From contig JAFQPM010000021.1 in the NCBI GenBank assembly GCA_017411745.1, positions 71,460 through 135,459 on the forward strand: a DNA stretch of 64,000 bases. Direction: 5' to 3'. The notes under the pieces were generated by a model, which made no database searches, had not been told where the DNA came from, and saw only the letters and a program-made list of their open reading frames with translations. The translations under genes and the position numbers were made by a program. The stretch is from Clostridia bacterium (GTDB lineage Bacteria > Bacillota > Clostridia > Oscillospirales > CAG-272). Positions 1 through 8,442 of this stretch are shown here, piece by piece (position 1 is the stretch's first letter; each line of letters starts with the position of its first letter).

Positions 1-1
1 A

Positions 2-667
2 AGCGATTTCAGACTTCCCTTTCTCAGCCGCGGCGACTCACTACAAATAAACACTGACACACTCAAGTATAAGACCGTCATAATCGATGCAGGTCACGGC
101 GGCGAGGACGGCGGCGCGTCAAGCGCGAAAGGACTTATTGAAAAGAACGTAAATCTTGAAATATCCAAGCTTCTCTGCGAAATGCTGCGCGAAAACGGTA
201 TCAACGTCGTTATGACCCGAGAGGACGACCGCCTGCTCTACGACCGAAACGTAGACTATCACGGCAGAAAGAAAAAGCTCGACCTTGCCGCCCGACTCAC
301 GATCGCCGATACGACCCCCGATGCCATATTCATAAGCATACATATGAATTCCTTCACTAACCCCAAATATTCGGGACTGCAGGTCTGGTATTCTCCCAAT
401 GACCCCGATTCGTCGACTCTCGCAGGTCTTATCCAAAGCAACAACAAAGCAACTCTCCAACCCGAAAACACAAGAAAGACCAAGGTCGCCACAAGCTCGA
501 TCTTCCTGCTTGAAAACGCCACCTGCCCTGCCGTCCTCGTTGAATGCGGCTTTCTATCCAACCCTGCCGAAGCCGCACTTTTCGAGACCGACGAATATAA
601 GCAAAAGGTCGCCTCTATGCTTTTCGACTCAATAACCGAGTTTTTAGAAAAATCCACCGACGTATAG
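2..667 (+). CDS. cwlD: N-acetylmuramoyl-L-alanine amidase, CwlD-like (5' end outside window)
   Basis: Frame is open from base 2 to TAG at 665-667. Translation contains IDAGHGGEDGGA, SIHMNS and VECGFLSN, the Amidase_3 signature blocks. Track ORF 182-667 is only the part after an internal Met. Confidence 0.7.
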   Translation, partial: SDFRLPFLSRGDSLQINTDTLKYKTVIIDAGHGGEDGGASSAKGLIEKNVNLEISKLLCEMLRENGINVVMTREDDRLLYDRNVDYHGRKKKLDLAARLTIADTTPDAIFISIHMNSFTNPKYSGLQVWYSPNDPDSSTLAGLIQSNNKATLQPENTRKTKVATSSIFLLENATCPAVLVECGFLSNPAEAALFETDEYKQKVASMLFDSITEFLEKSTDV

Positions 668-685
668 TGGCGTATAGTAATAATT

Positions 686-724
686 AAAAACCAAAGCCGC
701 CCAAAAGGGCGGCTTTGGCTTTTG
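686..724. terminator. Bidirectional intrinsic terminator between convergent genes
   Basis: Perfect 12-bp stem CCAAAGCCGCCC/GGGCGGCTTTGG (691-702 / 707-718) with AAAA loop, flanked by an A-run and a T-run. Confidence 0.8.
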
Positions 725-750
725 TATCTATAATAAAGAAAACACCTCAA

Positions 751-1968
751 TCACTTATCCAACAAATAATCGTACATATTCACCGCCAGCAGATTCCAGC
801 TTTGGAAGCCGAGATTATGCACGCCCTCGCAGGTGTCGGGATCGTAATACTCGTGCATCTTGCCGTATTTTTCTATATCCTTGCCGAACATTAAAACGGT
901 CTTCTCGGCAAGCTCGCGAGCCTCATTCTCATAGCCGTAATTTATAAGTCCGACAAACGTCATATAGTTTGCAATGCCCCAAATGGGTCCCGTCCAGCAC
1001 GACGGATTGCCCGATTTTATTACGCGGTACATTTTTTCCGCCTTGGACAGTGAACGTACACCGCCCGCAGAATAAAAGGTCCTTTCGTTCAGATAATTTT
1101 CCTTTACCATTCTCTCGGCTTGCTCGGGAGTTGCAATATTTGCCCACATCGCCATAAATCCCGACCATACGTCGATCTTCTGCAGTAAGAAGCTGTAATT
1201 TCTCGGGCAACCCTTGTGCATCTTCTCATCACTGTCTATCGGACGGAGATTGAGGTCTGCACTGTAGAAAAATCCATTTCTCTCGTCCCAAAGACCGTCG
1301 CGGATACATATCTTCAGATCCTCTGCCCTTTCGGCATACTTTGCCGCCACGTCCTCCAGACCCAAGAGTTGAGCGATCTCGGAAACTGCCCAAATCTCCT
1401 TATACATCAAGCAATTCAAATAAATCGTAGCCGAGCTTTTTTCGGGGCGGTAAAATACGCAGGGATCGTTGTCGATACCGATGGCAACGTCGTTAAGCCA
1501 AAAATACAATCCCGATTCGTGACGGCAATGATCATAGTAAAAATCCACAAACCTTGTCATGCATGAAAATTTGTCACGAAGCCACTCACAATCCCCGTTC
1601 TGCTCACATATAAAAAGTGCATGCTGTGCAAGGCAAGGCTTATGTACGTTCATATTGATCTTATCGTTGTATCCGGGACTTGCGCCGCCGGGCATTATTA
1701 AAATCGGGATTCTACCAATAGCATCTGTCTTATCTAAAAAGTTCAAAACACAGCCCTTTTCATATTCTCCGATGTCCTCGCTTGAAGCGACCGCACGTAA
1801 AGCAATATTAGTCGTCCAGCTGTCCCAATCCCACAAAGATTCGTATACACTTCCGGGAACGATGTACTTGTGCTGCATAACACCCGCAGGCTCACGGAAC
1901 ACCTTTTTATAGTTTTCCTTAACGTAGGACTTGATCAGCTCGCCGTACTTTTCAATCTGCTTATTCAT
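751..1968 (-). CDS. Six-hairpin glycoside hydrolase (GH63 / MGH1 / trehalase-like superfamily)
   Basis: 405 aa. WDWDSW block, FWLNDVAIGIDNDP and a C-terminal HEYYDP..G....GFQSWN block resemble (alpha/alpha)6 glycosidases. ATG 1968 is preceded by GGAG at 7 nt; the track start at 1980 has no RBS. Confidence 0.5.
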   Translation of the reverse strand: MNKQIEKYGELIKSYVKENYKKVFREPAGVMQHKYIVPGSVYESLWDWDSWTTNIALRAVASSEDIGEYEKGCVLNFLDKTDAIGRIPILIMPGGASPGYNDKINMNVHKPCLAQHALFICEQNGDCEWLRDKFSCMTRFVDFYYDHCRHESGLYFWLNDVAIGIDNDPCVFYRPEKSSATIYLNCLMYKEIWAVSEIAQLLGLEDVAAKYAERAEDLKICIRDGLWDERNGFFYSADLNLRPIDSDEKMHKGCPRNYSFLLQKIDVWSGFMAMWANIATPEQAERMVKENYLNERTFYSAGGVRSLSKAEKMYRVIKSGNPSCWTGPIWGIANYMTFVGLINYGYENEARELAEKTVLMFGKDIEKYGKMHEYYDPDTCEGVHNLGFQSWNLLAVNMYDYLLDK

Positions 1969-2002
1969 AAAAATCTCCATTTATACTATCATTTTTGCTA
2001 AT

Positions 2003-2677
2003 TTAACCTTCTATCGAAAACAAAGACCACGGATAATTTTCATCGGGAAAGCATTCACAAGCAATCACCTTTTTTGTGATCGGATGCGTAAACTCAACCC
2101 TATGCGACCAAAGCGCGCAGCTTGCCTTGTTGTCACGGCTGCCGTACTTCCCGTCCCCGACAAGCGGCATTTTTCGAGACGCAAACTGTACCCTTATCTG
2201 ATGAGTCCTACCTGTTATCAACTCGACCTCAACCAAAGACATTTTCTCACCATTCTCTCGCTCCACGGTCTCAAGCAAACGGTAATTCGCCACCGCCTCC
2301 TTGACTCCCTGCCTCTTTTTGTCGCAAACGTAGGACTTGTTCTTTTTCTTGTCGTGGTATAATAGATCACGCATCTCGCCCTCAGGCTCGACGGGCTCTC
2401 CGTGAACAACGGCAAGATAGGTCTTTTTATAGTCGCTCGACTGCACAAGTGCCGACAGCTTCCCCGTCATATCCTCCCTTTTGGAGTATATCATCGCGCC
2501 GCCCGTCGCCACGTCAAGACGGTGAACGAGACCAACGTAGCTATCCTCGCCTTTCTCGACTCTGTATCGCGACAGAAGCGTCAGCATATCGTCTTTTCCC
2601 GAGCTGCTCCTCTGCGACTCAAACCCCACGGGCTTCTCGCAAACGATCAGATATTTATCCTCGTAAAGTATTTTCAT
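2003..2677 (-). CDS. RluA-family pseudouridine synthase
   Basis: 224 aa with the catalytic HRLD motif (GLVHRLDVATGG) and TGRTHQIRVQFA. Confidence 0.9.
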   Translation of the reverse strand: MKILYEDKYLIVCEKPVGFESQRSSSGKDDMLTLLSRYRVEKGEDSYVGLVHRLDVATGGAMIYSKREDMTGKLSALVQSSDYKKTYLAVVHGEPVEPEGEMRDLLYHDKKKNKSYVCDKKRQGVKEAVANYRLLETVERENGEKMSLVEVELITGRTHQIRVQFASRKMPLVGDGKYGSRDNKASCALWSHRVEFTHPITKKVIACECFPDENYPWSLFSIEG

Positions 2678-2679
2678 TT

Positions 2680-3348
2680 TTAAATACGCTCTTCTATATC
2701 TTTAATTAACTCGTCATTATATTTAAAGTGTCGAGAAACATATCCGGGACCATGTGAGGTTGATTCTTTCCCACTGACCAATTTAGCTAAACGTGTCATG
2801 GACATAATCTCTCCATTATATTCAATGCTTTTATTGTCAATCACAGTACATTTTATATCCGGATTATCTACATTTATCAGAACCGCACCTACAGGAATAT
2901 TCCAAGAATCGAAAGTCCAATTTGCACATCTTACTTGTCTTTTAATTTCCATTTCCTCCGCAACGTTCTCTGCTAATTCTTCATCCCTGATACTCTCTGT
3001 ACTCAATTCCCATTTTTTAAGCCTTTCAGGACAATCATTTATTTCAGCCATTGCCTTAAAAACAGCATATGCATCTTCCGGAGAAATAGCAAAAAATTCG
3101 CGAACTCTCCTTTGCCCGTTATATTCGTCTATTGACCGCAGATTACGATTTAATATATCAATAATTGTATGTATCTTTTTATCCATCAAACGAGAGTTGA
3201 CTTCGTATGTAGCGTAGATACGGAAAGCAAACGGGGTACATTCCTTACTATTTAATTGCTTCACCCTTTCCTCAACATTGTCAGCATAACCAATTTTAAC
3301 CCAATCACGAAAAGACGGGTTTGTCAGTATATAAATGTAACCTTTCAT
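2680..3348 (-). CDS. GIY-YIG / T5orf172 (MUG113)-type domain protein with uncharacterised C-terminal module
   Basis: N-terminus MKGYIYILTNPSFRDWVKIGYADNVEERVKQLN is the T5orf172/GIY-YIG-like signature. ATG 3348 follows GGAGAAAG; the track GTG at 3360 overlaps the RBS. The stretch is visibly AT-rich relative to its neighbours. The stop lies 2 nt from the rluA-like start. Confidence 0.7.
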   Translation of the reverse strand: MKGYIYILTNPSFRDWVKIGYADNVEERVKQLNSKECTPFAFRIYATYEVNSRLMDKKIHTIIDILNRNLRSIDEYNGQRRVREFFAISPEDAYAVFKAMAEINDCPERLKKWELSTESIRDEELAENVAEEMEIKRQVRCANWTFDSWNIPVGAVLINVDNPDIKCTVIDNKSIEYNGEIMSMTRLAKLVSGKESTSHGPGYVSRHFKYNDELIKDIEERI

Positions 3349-3384
3349 TTCTTTCTCCACAAATACTAGTCTAATTACATTGAA

Positions 3385-3413
3385 ATTATATCACATTTTT
3401 CATCAATAATCAA
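3385..3413 (-). promoter_or_regulatory. Sigma-A type promoter of the GIY-YIG gene
   Basis: Minus strand reads TTGATT - 17 nt - (TGtga)TATAAT (-35 at 3413-3408, -10 at 3390-3385). Confidence 0.65.
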
Positions 3414-3432
3414 GTCGTTTTTTCTAATGTCT

Positions 3433-3465
3433 AAAATAAAAAAGCCCTTCGAATTTTTTCGAAAG
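3433..3465 (-). terminator. Intrinsic-terminator-like hairpin upstream of the GIY-YIG promoter
   Basis: Minus-strand RNA reads CUUUCGAA-aaaa-UUCGAAGG (8 bp, one G.U) followed by CUUUUUUAUUUU. Confidence 0.55.
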
Positions 3466-3685
3466 CAAGGCGATCTTCTCTAATGTCTACAAAAAACTAG
3501 ACCTCCAAAAATTTTTGGAGACAAGTCGTACCGGAAAAAGCAAGCGAAGTCGATGTTTGCTTTAGCAAACTCGAGTAAGCAAGCGCAAGCCTGCGTGTGC
3601 TTACTTACGTAAGTCGAGCCGCTTTTGAGGACAGCAAGCACCGCTTGCGTAGAGAGACGAAGCATACGGAAAAAGTCAAGGGGCG

Positions 3686-3724
3686 CAAAAATAGATAAGG
3701 GGTGCGTCTTCCGCACCCCTTATC
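3686..3724 (-). terminator. rpmA operon terminator
   Basis: 13-bp stem GATAAGGGGTGCG/CGCACCCCTTATC (3694-3724). On the minus strand it is followed by TATTTTTG, 15 nt after the rpmA stop. Confidence 0.8.
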
Positions 3725-3738
3725 TATCTCACAGAAGA

Positions 3739-4017
3739 TCAGTCAGCGTATACGCTAACCTGCTTTCTTCCGCCTGCCTTATGCTCAAACTTAACTCTAC
3801 CGTCGATAAGAGCAAAAAGAGTATCATCCTTACCGATACCAACGTTGTTACCGGGATGGATAGCTGTTCCTCTCTGTCTTACGAGGATGTTGCCGGCAAC
3901 AACTGCCTGACCGTCAGCTCTCTTAACGCCAAGGCGCTTGGATTCGCTATCACGGCCGTTCTTAGTAGAACCGACACCCTTCTTATGAGCAAAGAACTGT
4001 AAACTGAGTCTTACCAT
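3739..4017 (-). CDS. rpmA: 50S ribosomal protein L27 with N-terminal propeptide
   Basis: [24 protein letters not shown]... is canonical L27 with the Firmicute 9-residue extension that Prp removes. Confidence 0.97.
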   Translation of the reverse strand: MVRLSLQFFAHKKGVGSTKNGRDSESKRLGVKRADGQAVVAGNILVRQRGTAIHPGNNVGIGKDDTLFALIDGRVKFEHKAGGRKQVSVYAD

Positions 4018-4071
4018 AATATTATCCTCCTAAAAAATTTCTTTTGCACCGCAGTGCATTCCCACAAGGAA

Positions 4072-4437
4072 TCAATCGTCCTCGTAGGGTCTGTCCACAA
4101 CAGACACATCAAGATAGTCGTAATATTCCTCAAGCATATCCTCGATCTGCTTATAGTATGCGAGAAAGATTCCCGATACCGCATATCTTTTCAGCTCGTC
4201 CTCCTCGTATTCGGGAAGCGCGGCCTTGGATCTCACTTTGATATTAGTAGTTTCTTCATCGATCGTGAAATCAATGGAGGAAGCGTAAGCCACCTCAACG
4301 GTATTGATGATCAGCATCGTCATCGCAGACAACGCGGCACAAAGAACGTCATCGCCCTCTTCGCCGTAGCCCGTGTGACCCTGCTCCTCAAAGCCGTAGA
4401 AAACACCGCCTGTACGGAAAAATACTAACTTCGTCAT
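4072..4437 (-). CDS. prp: Ribosomal-processing cysteine protease Prp
   Basis: 121 aa located between rplU and rpmA. Contains the GHTGYGEEGDDVLCAALS His/Cys motif of the Prp (YsxB) family. Confidence 0.9.
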   Translation of the reverse strand: MTKLVFFRTGGVFYGFEEQGHTGYGEEGDDVLCAALSAMTMLIINTVEVAYASSIDFTIDEETTNIKVRSKAALPEYEEDELKRYAVSGIFLAYYKQIEDMLEEYYDYLDVSVVDRPYEDD

Positions 4438-4443
4438 AACAAA

Positions 4444-4755
4444 TTAACCAACGATAGATGTGATCTGGATCTTTGTGTAAGGCTGTCTGTGACCGATCTT
4501 CTTCTTCGAGTCCTTCTTCGCCTTATACTTAAGGACATAAATTTTCTTGCCCTTGCCGTTCTTTACAACGGTTGCCTTAACGCAAGCACCCTCAACGTAG
4601 GGAGCGCCAACCTTAAAGCCAGCATCGGTAGAAACTGCAACGACCTCGTTGATCGTGAGCTCTGCGCCTTCTTCGCAGTCAAGCTTCTCAACAAAGATAA
4701 TATCCTGCTCTGTTACTTTGTACTGCTTTCCGCCGGTTTCGATAATTGCAAACAC
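4444..4755 (-). CDS. rplU: 50S ribosomal protein L21
   Basis: [13 protein letters not shown]... is canonical L21. GTG at 4755 follows AGAGAGGTG with a 6-nt spacing; the track GTG at 4764 lies inside that RBS. Confidence 0.95.
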   Translation of the reverse strand: MFAIIETGGKQYKVTEQDIIFVEKLDCEEGAELTINEVVAVSTDAGFKVGAPYVEGACVKATVVKNGKGKKIYVLKYKAKKDSKKKIGHRQPYTKIQITSIVG

Positions 4756-4869
4756 GAAAAGCACCTCTCTTTCATATAAGTCTCGCTATGATGGCGATGC
4801 TGCTTTGCTTTACAAAGCGTGTTTTTAAAAAACTGCATACTTAAAAAAGCCATTTTTATGCGGCATATT

Positions 4870-4898
4870 ATTATACCATTAACTTTTCACCTTGTCAA
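4870..4898 (-). promoter_or_regulatory. Consensus sigma-A promoter of the rplU-prp-rpmA operon
   Basis: Minus strand reads TTGACA (4898-4893) - 17 nt - TATAAT (4875-4870). This leaves a leader of about 105 nt. Confidence 0.8.
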
Positions 4899-5032
4899 GA
4901 GCTTTCTTGAATTTTTTTCGTCTTTTTTTACAATTTTTTCATCAAAATGGCTAAAACCTCTTTTTCTCTTGACACGACTAGCGTTTTCATTATATAATTA
5001 TATCAACGACCGACAAAAATCAAGGAAAAGCG

Positions 5033-6064
5033 ATGAAAAGATATAAGTTTGAAAAGAAATCGATCCACGTAAGCCGCGAGCTTATCGACAAAATGACGAA
5101 TGCCTGCCTATCAGTGCAAAAAATCACCCGTGCGGCAATATCCGAAAAAGCGGGCGTCAGCCTCGTGACCGCAGGCAAGTTTCTATCCGCGATGGACGAG
5201 TGCAAATTCACGTATAAGAAATGGCACTTTCCCGAGGGTAGCAGACCATCGTACTGCCATACCGTAAACGAAGCCCTTTCAGTTCTCGTCATAGACACGT
5301 CCTCGCCAAGCTTTTCGATGAGCATAATCCGAGGCAGATCAGAATGCAGATTTTACGAGCAGTACGATTTCGATACAAGTATCTCATTTGCCGACAACCT
5401 CAACCTCTTTCTCTCGCGAATAGGCGTAAATGCCGTCAAGCAGCCATTTGGCATCTCCGCCATCTGCATATTGATATCCGATGAAAAGCCGGCAAGAGAA
5501 CTGAATATCACAAACCTCTGCGCCGCTGCCGAGGACGATATCCCTATCCTTGAGAGCGCCACCGCACGATTTTTCAGCATCAAGCCCCTGATTATCATAA
5601 AATCATCGGAAGCGATCGCTTATGCACTCAAACACAAGGCCATCGACACCGAAACGAGCGACAAGCTCGCACACGTCTACGTTGGAAAAGGACTTTCACT
5701 CTCGGTCTATTCGGACTGTGAGCCGATCTGTACCTGCAATATAAAAAATCTGATCACAAGCGGCACCGATACACTCGCGGATCTGCACCGACAAATGCTA
5801 TCCGAGGACGATCTTGGCAAAATGCTGTACAAGGTCGTCAATTTTACCGACTGTGCCTTCTCGCCCGATAAATATATCATCGAATACGACACGGTGAAAT
5901 TCGGCAGCACCGCCCTTAGATACATCAAACGCGCATTCGCCGCCACAGGCAAGCCACTACCCGATATAAACTCGATTAATCACTCCGAAAGCCTCGCGGT
6001 CTTAGGCGCCGCAACCAAGGCTGCGGTAGAGCTCATAAAATTACATATTACTCAAGCCGAATAA
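5033..6064 (+). CDS. Hypothetical protein, ROK-like layout (N-terminal wHTH plus sugar-kinase/ASKHA-like body)
   Basis: 343 aa, RBS AAGGAAAAG. Residues 25-55 (SVQKITRAAISEKAGVSLVTAGKFL) look like a winged HTH, followed by LVIDTSSPSFSMSII reminiscent of ROK/ASKHA phosphate-1. No ROK zinc motif is seen. Confidence 0.35.
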   Translation: MKRYKFEKKSIHVSRELIDKMTNACLSVQKITRAAISEKAGVSLVTAGKFLSAMDECKFTYKKWHFPEGSRPSYCHTVNEALSVLVIDTSSPSFSMSIIRGRSECRFYEQYDFDTSISFADNLNLFLSRIGVNAVKQPFGISAICILISDEKPARELNITNLCAAAEDDIPILESATARFFSIKPLIIIKSSEAIAYALKHKAIDTETSDKLAHVYVGKGLSLSVYSDCEPICTCNIKNLITSGTDTLADLHRQMLSEDDLGKMLYKVVNFTDCAFSPDKYIIEYDTVKFGSTALRYIKRAFAATGKPLPDINSINHSESLAVLGAATKAAVELIKLHITQAE

Positions 6065-6067
6065 AAA

Positions 6068-6109
6068 ATATCGGAGGACAAAGCAAAATGCTTGTCCTCC
6101 GATATTTTC
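6068..6109 (+). terminator. Intrinsic terminator of the 5033-6064 gene
   Basis: 13-bp stem ATATCGGAGGACA/TGTCCTCCGATAT followed by TTTT. Confidence 0.8.
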
Positions 6110-6300
6110 TGCTCTATGAGCGATAAAGAATAAAGGGACCTCTGATAATTCAATGCACGACGAGCGACGATAAGATTTTTCGTCAGTATAAACAAAAAAT
6201 CGCGCGCATAGCTTGACCCTCTGCGAAGATTTTTTGTGACGAATGACGGAAAATATTTTGTCGATCGGGGTGTGGTGAATTGTTAGAGATCCCTTAAACC

Positions 6301-6648
6301 TTATCTTGCGAGATCTTCCTTAACCTTGGAAGCCTTGCCGACTCTACCACGGAGGTAGTACAGCTTCGCACGACGAACCTTACCCTTACGGATTACGTCT
6401 ACCGCAACAACGTTGGGAGAATGAAGGGGGAACGTCTTTTCAACGCCACAGCCGTAAGCGATACGTCTGACGGTGAAGGTAGAGGAAATGCCGCCCTCGT
6501 GCTTTGCGATAACGGTGCCCTCGTACATCTGAATTCTTTCTCTTGTACCCTCAACGATCTTGTTGTGAACGCGAACGGTATCACCAATGTTGAACTGGGG
6601 TACGTTTTCCTTGAGTTGCTCATTTGTAAAAGCCTTAATAAGATCCAT
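6301..6648 (-). CDS. rplS: 50S ribosomal protein L19
   Basis: 115 aa. [25 protein letters not shown] is canonical L19. Confidence 0.97.
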   Translation of the reverse strand: MDLIKAFTNEQLKENVPQFNIGDTVRVHNKIVEGTRERIQMYEGTVIAKHEGGISSTFTVRRIAYGCGVEKTFPLHSPNVVAVDVIRKGKVRRAKLYYLRGRVGKASKVKEDLAR

Positions 6649-6733
6649 TTTAAAGCCCTCCTTAAAATCCGGATGTTCATGCGAGCAAAGCAGCGGACCA
6701 CCCTTGTTCTATGCGTTTTCACACGCGGAAATA

Positions 6734-6762
6734 ATTATATCACATTTGTTTCCCTATTGCAA
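6734..6762 (-). promoter_or_regulatory. Sigma-A promoter of rplS
   Basis: Minus strand reads TTGCAA (6762-6757) - 17 nt - (TGa)TATAAT (6739-6734). This leaves a leader of about 80 nt. Confidence 0.75.
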
Positions 6763-6814
6763 GAGAAAACAAAAAATAATTATGAATTTTTTGTAAATTC
6801 TGCGTTTTTAACGA

Positions 6815-8266
6815 TTACTCGTTACTGTTTCCCTTTTTTCCTCTCACCGACGAGAGCACCTGACGGCACGCAATATATACGTCGCGGCTGTTAAAGACCA
6901 CGCTTACAAGCAAAATTCCGATAGATACGTATAATCCAAGAGTCTGGCCGCTGTATCCGTACCAAGTCATAAACGCCGAAATACCGCCTATAAGTACGGT
7001 GTTGATAATCAGCTTGCCGTGGTACATCTTGAACGGCAGAAATTTCTTCATAGTCAGCGCACGAATGAGATAGACCAAGAAATAGCTTGCAAACGTAGCA
7101 ACCGAAGCGCCCATAGCACCCCAGCCAAGCATCCAATCGGGTATCAGAATAAGATTGAGTCCAATATTCACGACCGCCCCGATAAGCGAGGTCCAAAGCG
7201 ACATATAGGTCTTTTTGACTGTAAAATACACGCTTCCAAGGAAGGTATCAAGAGCCGTAAAGACGGTCGCCGCAGAAAGCACGGGAATAAATATCCACGC
7301 CACGTAATAGCTGTCCGCAAACAGAATTTTTGCAAATATCTGCGCGCCGACAGACAAAATTCCACCGCCCACGAACATCGCGGCAATATAATATTTGTAT
7401 ATCTGCGAGTAAAAGTCGGCGCACTTCTCTCTGTCCTCGGACTCCGAGACCGCCGAAAGCTTCCACGCGTCGTTGAAGATCGTCACCACGTAGGTCAGAA
7501 GCGTCGGTATCTTGTAAGCCGCAGTGTAAAGACCGTTTTCAGCATCGGAGCGCATGTAAGCCACCATATATCGATCCGAAACTCCGGTTATCCACCAGAA
7601 GATCGTAGACGGTACAAGCGGTAGGCAGAATCTGAGCAGATCCTTCATAACCGCGCCGTTTATCTTCTTGGGAATAAACGCACGGTAAAGCCTTGCCACG
7701 AAGAAAACGAAAACCGTTGACAAAAGGTCAGCTAAAACGATCGAGAGCACGTAGCCGTTGATGCCCATATCGAAGCCGACGAGGAAGATAATATTCAGAA
7801 CCACCGTCAGCGCCGTATTGAGCACTCCTTGTCCTGCAAAAAGCTTGGTCCTTCCGATAGCGCAAACGTATTGCGAGCAGACCGAATGAATATTCGATGC
7901 GATAACGTAGCAGATGATCAGCCAGATATAATCGTTAAAATATCCGGTCAGATTAAGCAACGGAGAGAGCGCAAGAAATCCAAGCGAGCCAAATACCATC
8001 AGCATAACGCCGTTGGTGAAAAACGATTCCTTGTCGACGTTCTCTGTCGCCGCGTTTCTGAAAATTCCCTCGCTGACGCCAAGACACGCAAGCGGAATGA
8101 TCAAATTACAAAGATTGGTGATCAGATCCGACGTGCTGTACTCCGCGCTGGAAAGATACGAGGTATAGAATGGGAGCATAAAAATGACGATAAGCTTGGA
8201 CACAAACTTACCAACGGTAAATATCAGCGTGTTTGACGCAAGACGAGCCAATCTTGTTTGCTTCAT
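6815..8266 (-). CDS. MOP-superfamily polysaccharide/oligosaccharide flippase (Wzx/MurJ-like)
   Basis: 483 aa, multi-pass hydrophobic, N-terminus LASNTLIFTVGKFVSKLIVFLMLPFYT-like. ATG 8266 follows AAGGAGGA; the track start at 8344 adds 26 unsupported residues. Confidence 0.7.
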   Translation of the reverse strand: MKQTRLARLASNTLIFTVGKFVSKLIVIFMLPFYTSYLSSAEYSTSDLITNLCNLIIPLACLGVSEGIFRNAATENVDKESFFTNGVMLMVFGSLGFLALSPLLNLTGYFNDYIWLIICYVIASNIHSVCSQYVCAIGRTKLFAGQGVLNTALTVVLNIIFLVGFDMGINGYVLSIVLADLLSTVFVFFVARLYRAFIPKKINGAVMKDLLRFCLPLVPSTIFWWITGVSDRYMVAYMRSDAENGLYTAAYKIPTLLTYVVTIFNDAWKLSAVSESEDREKCADFYSQIYKYYIAAMFVGGGILSVGAQIFAKILFADSYYVAWIFIPVLSAATVFTALDTFLGSVYFTVKKTYMSLWTSLIGAVVNIGLNLILIPDWMLGWGAMGASVATFASYFLVYLIRALTMKKFLPFKMYHGKLIINTVLIGGISAFMTWYGYSGQTLGLYVSIGILLVSVVFNSRDVYIACRQVLSSVRGKKGNSNE

Positions 8267-8442
8267 TTTTATCCTCCTTTTTTGCAATGTAAAGTCAAGC
8301 CTCTCGGCTATAAATATCAGCCTGTCGAGATTTTTCGAAAACAAGGCGCACCACAGCGTGCAAAACGCAGGCGTAGTTTTCCTACGTCAAGTTGCACGCG
8401 AGGAGCAACGCCGTATTCGGCAAATGTCGTCAGGCTGATTTT

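Noticed and set aside
3480-3716. 78-aa minus-strand ORF in the rpmA / GIY-YIG spacer.
   Set aside because: It has no RBS, its composition is implausible (Cys/Phe/Leu-rich with no motif), and it spans the hairpin-rich region. It is treated as non-coding; see the finding on this spacer.
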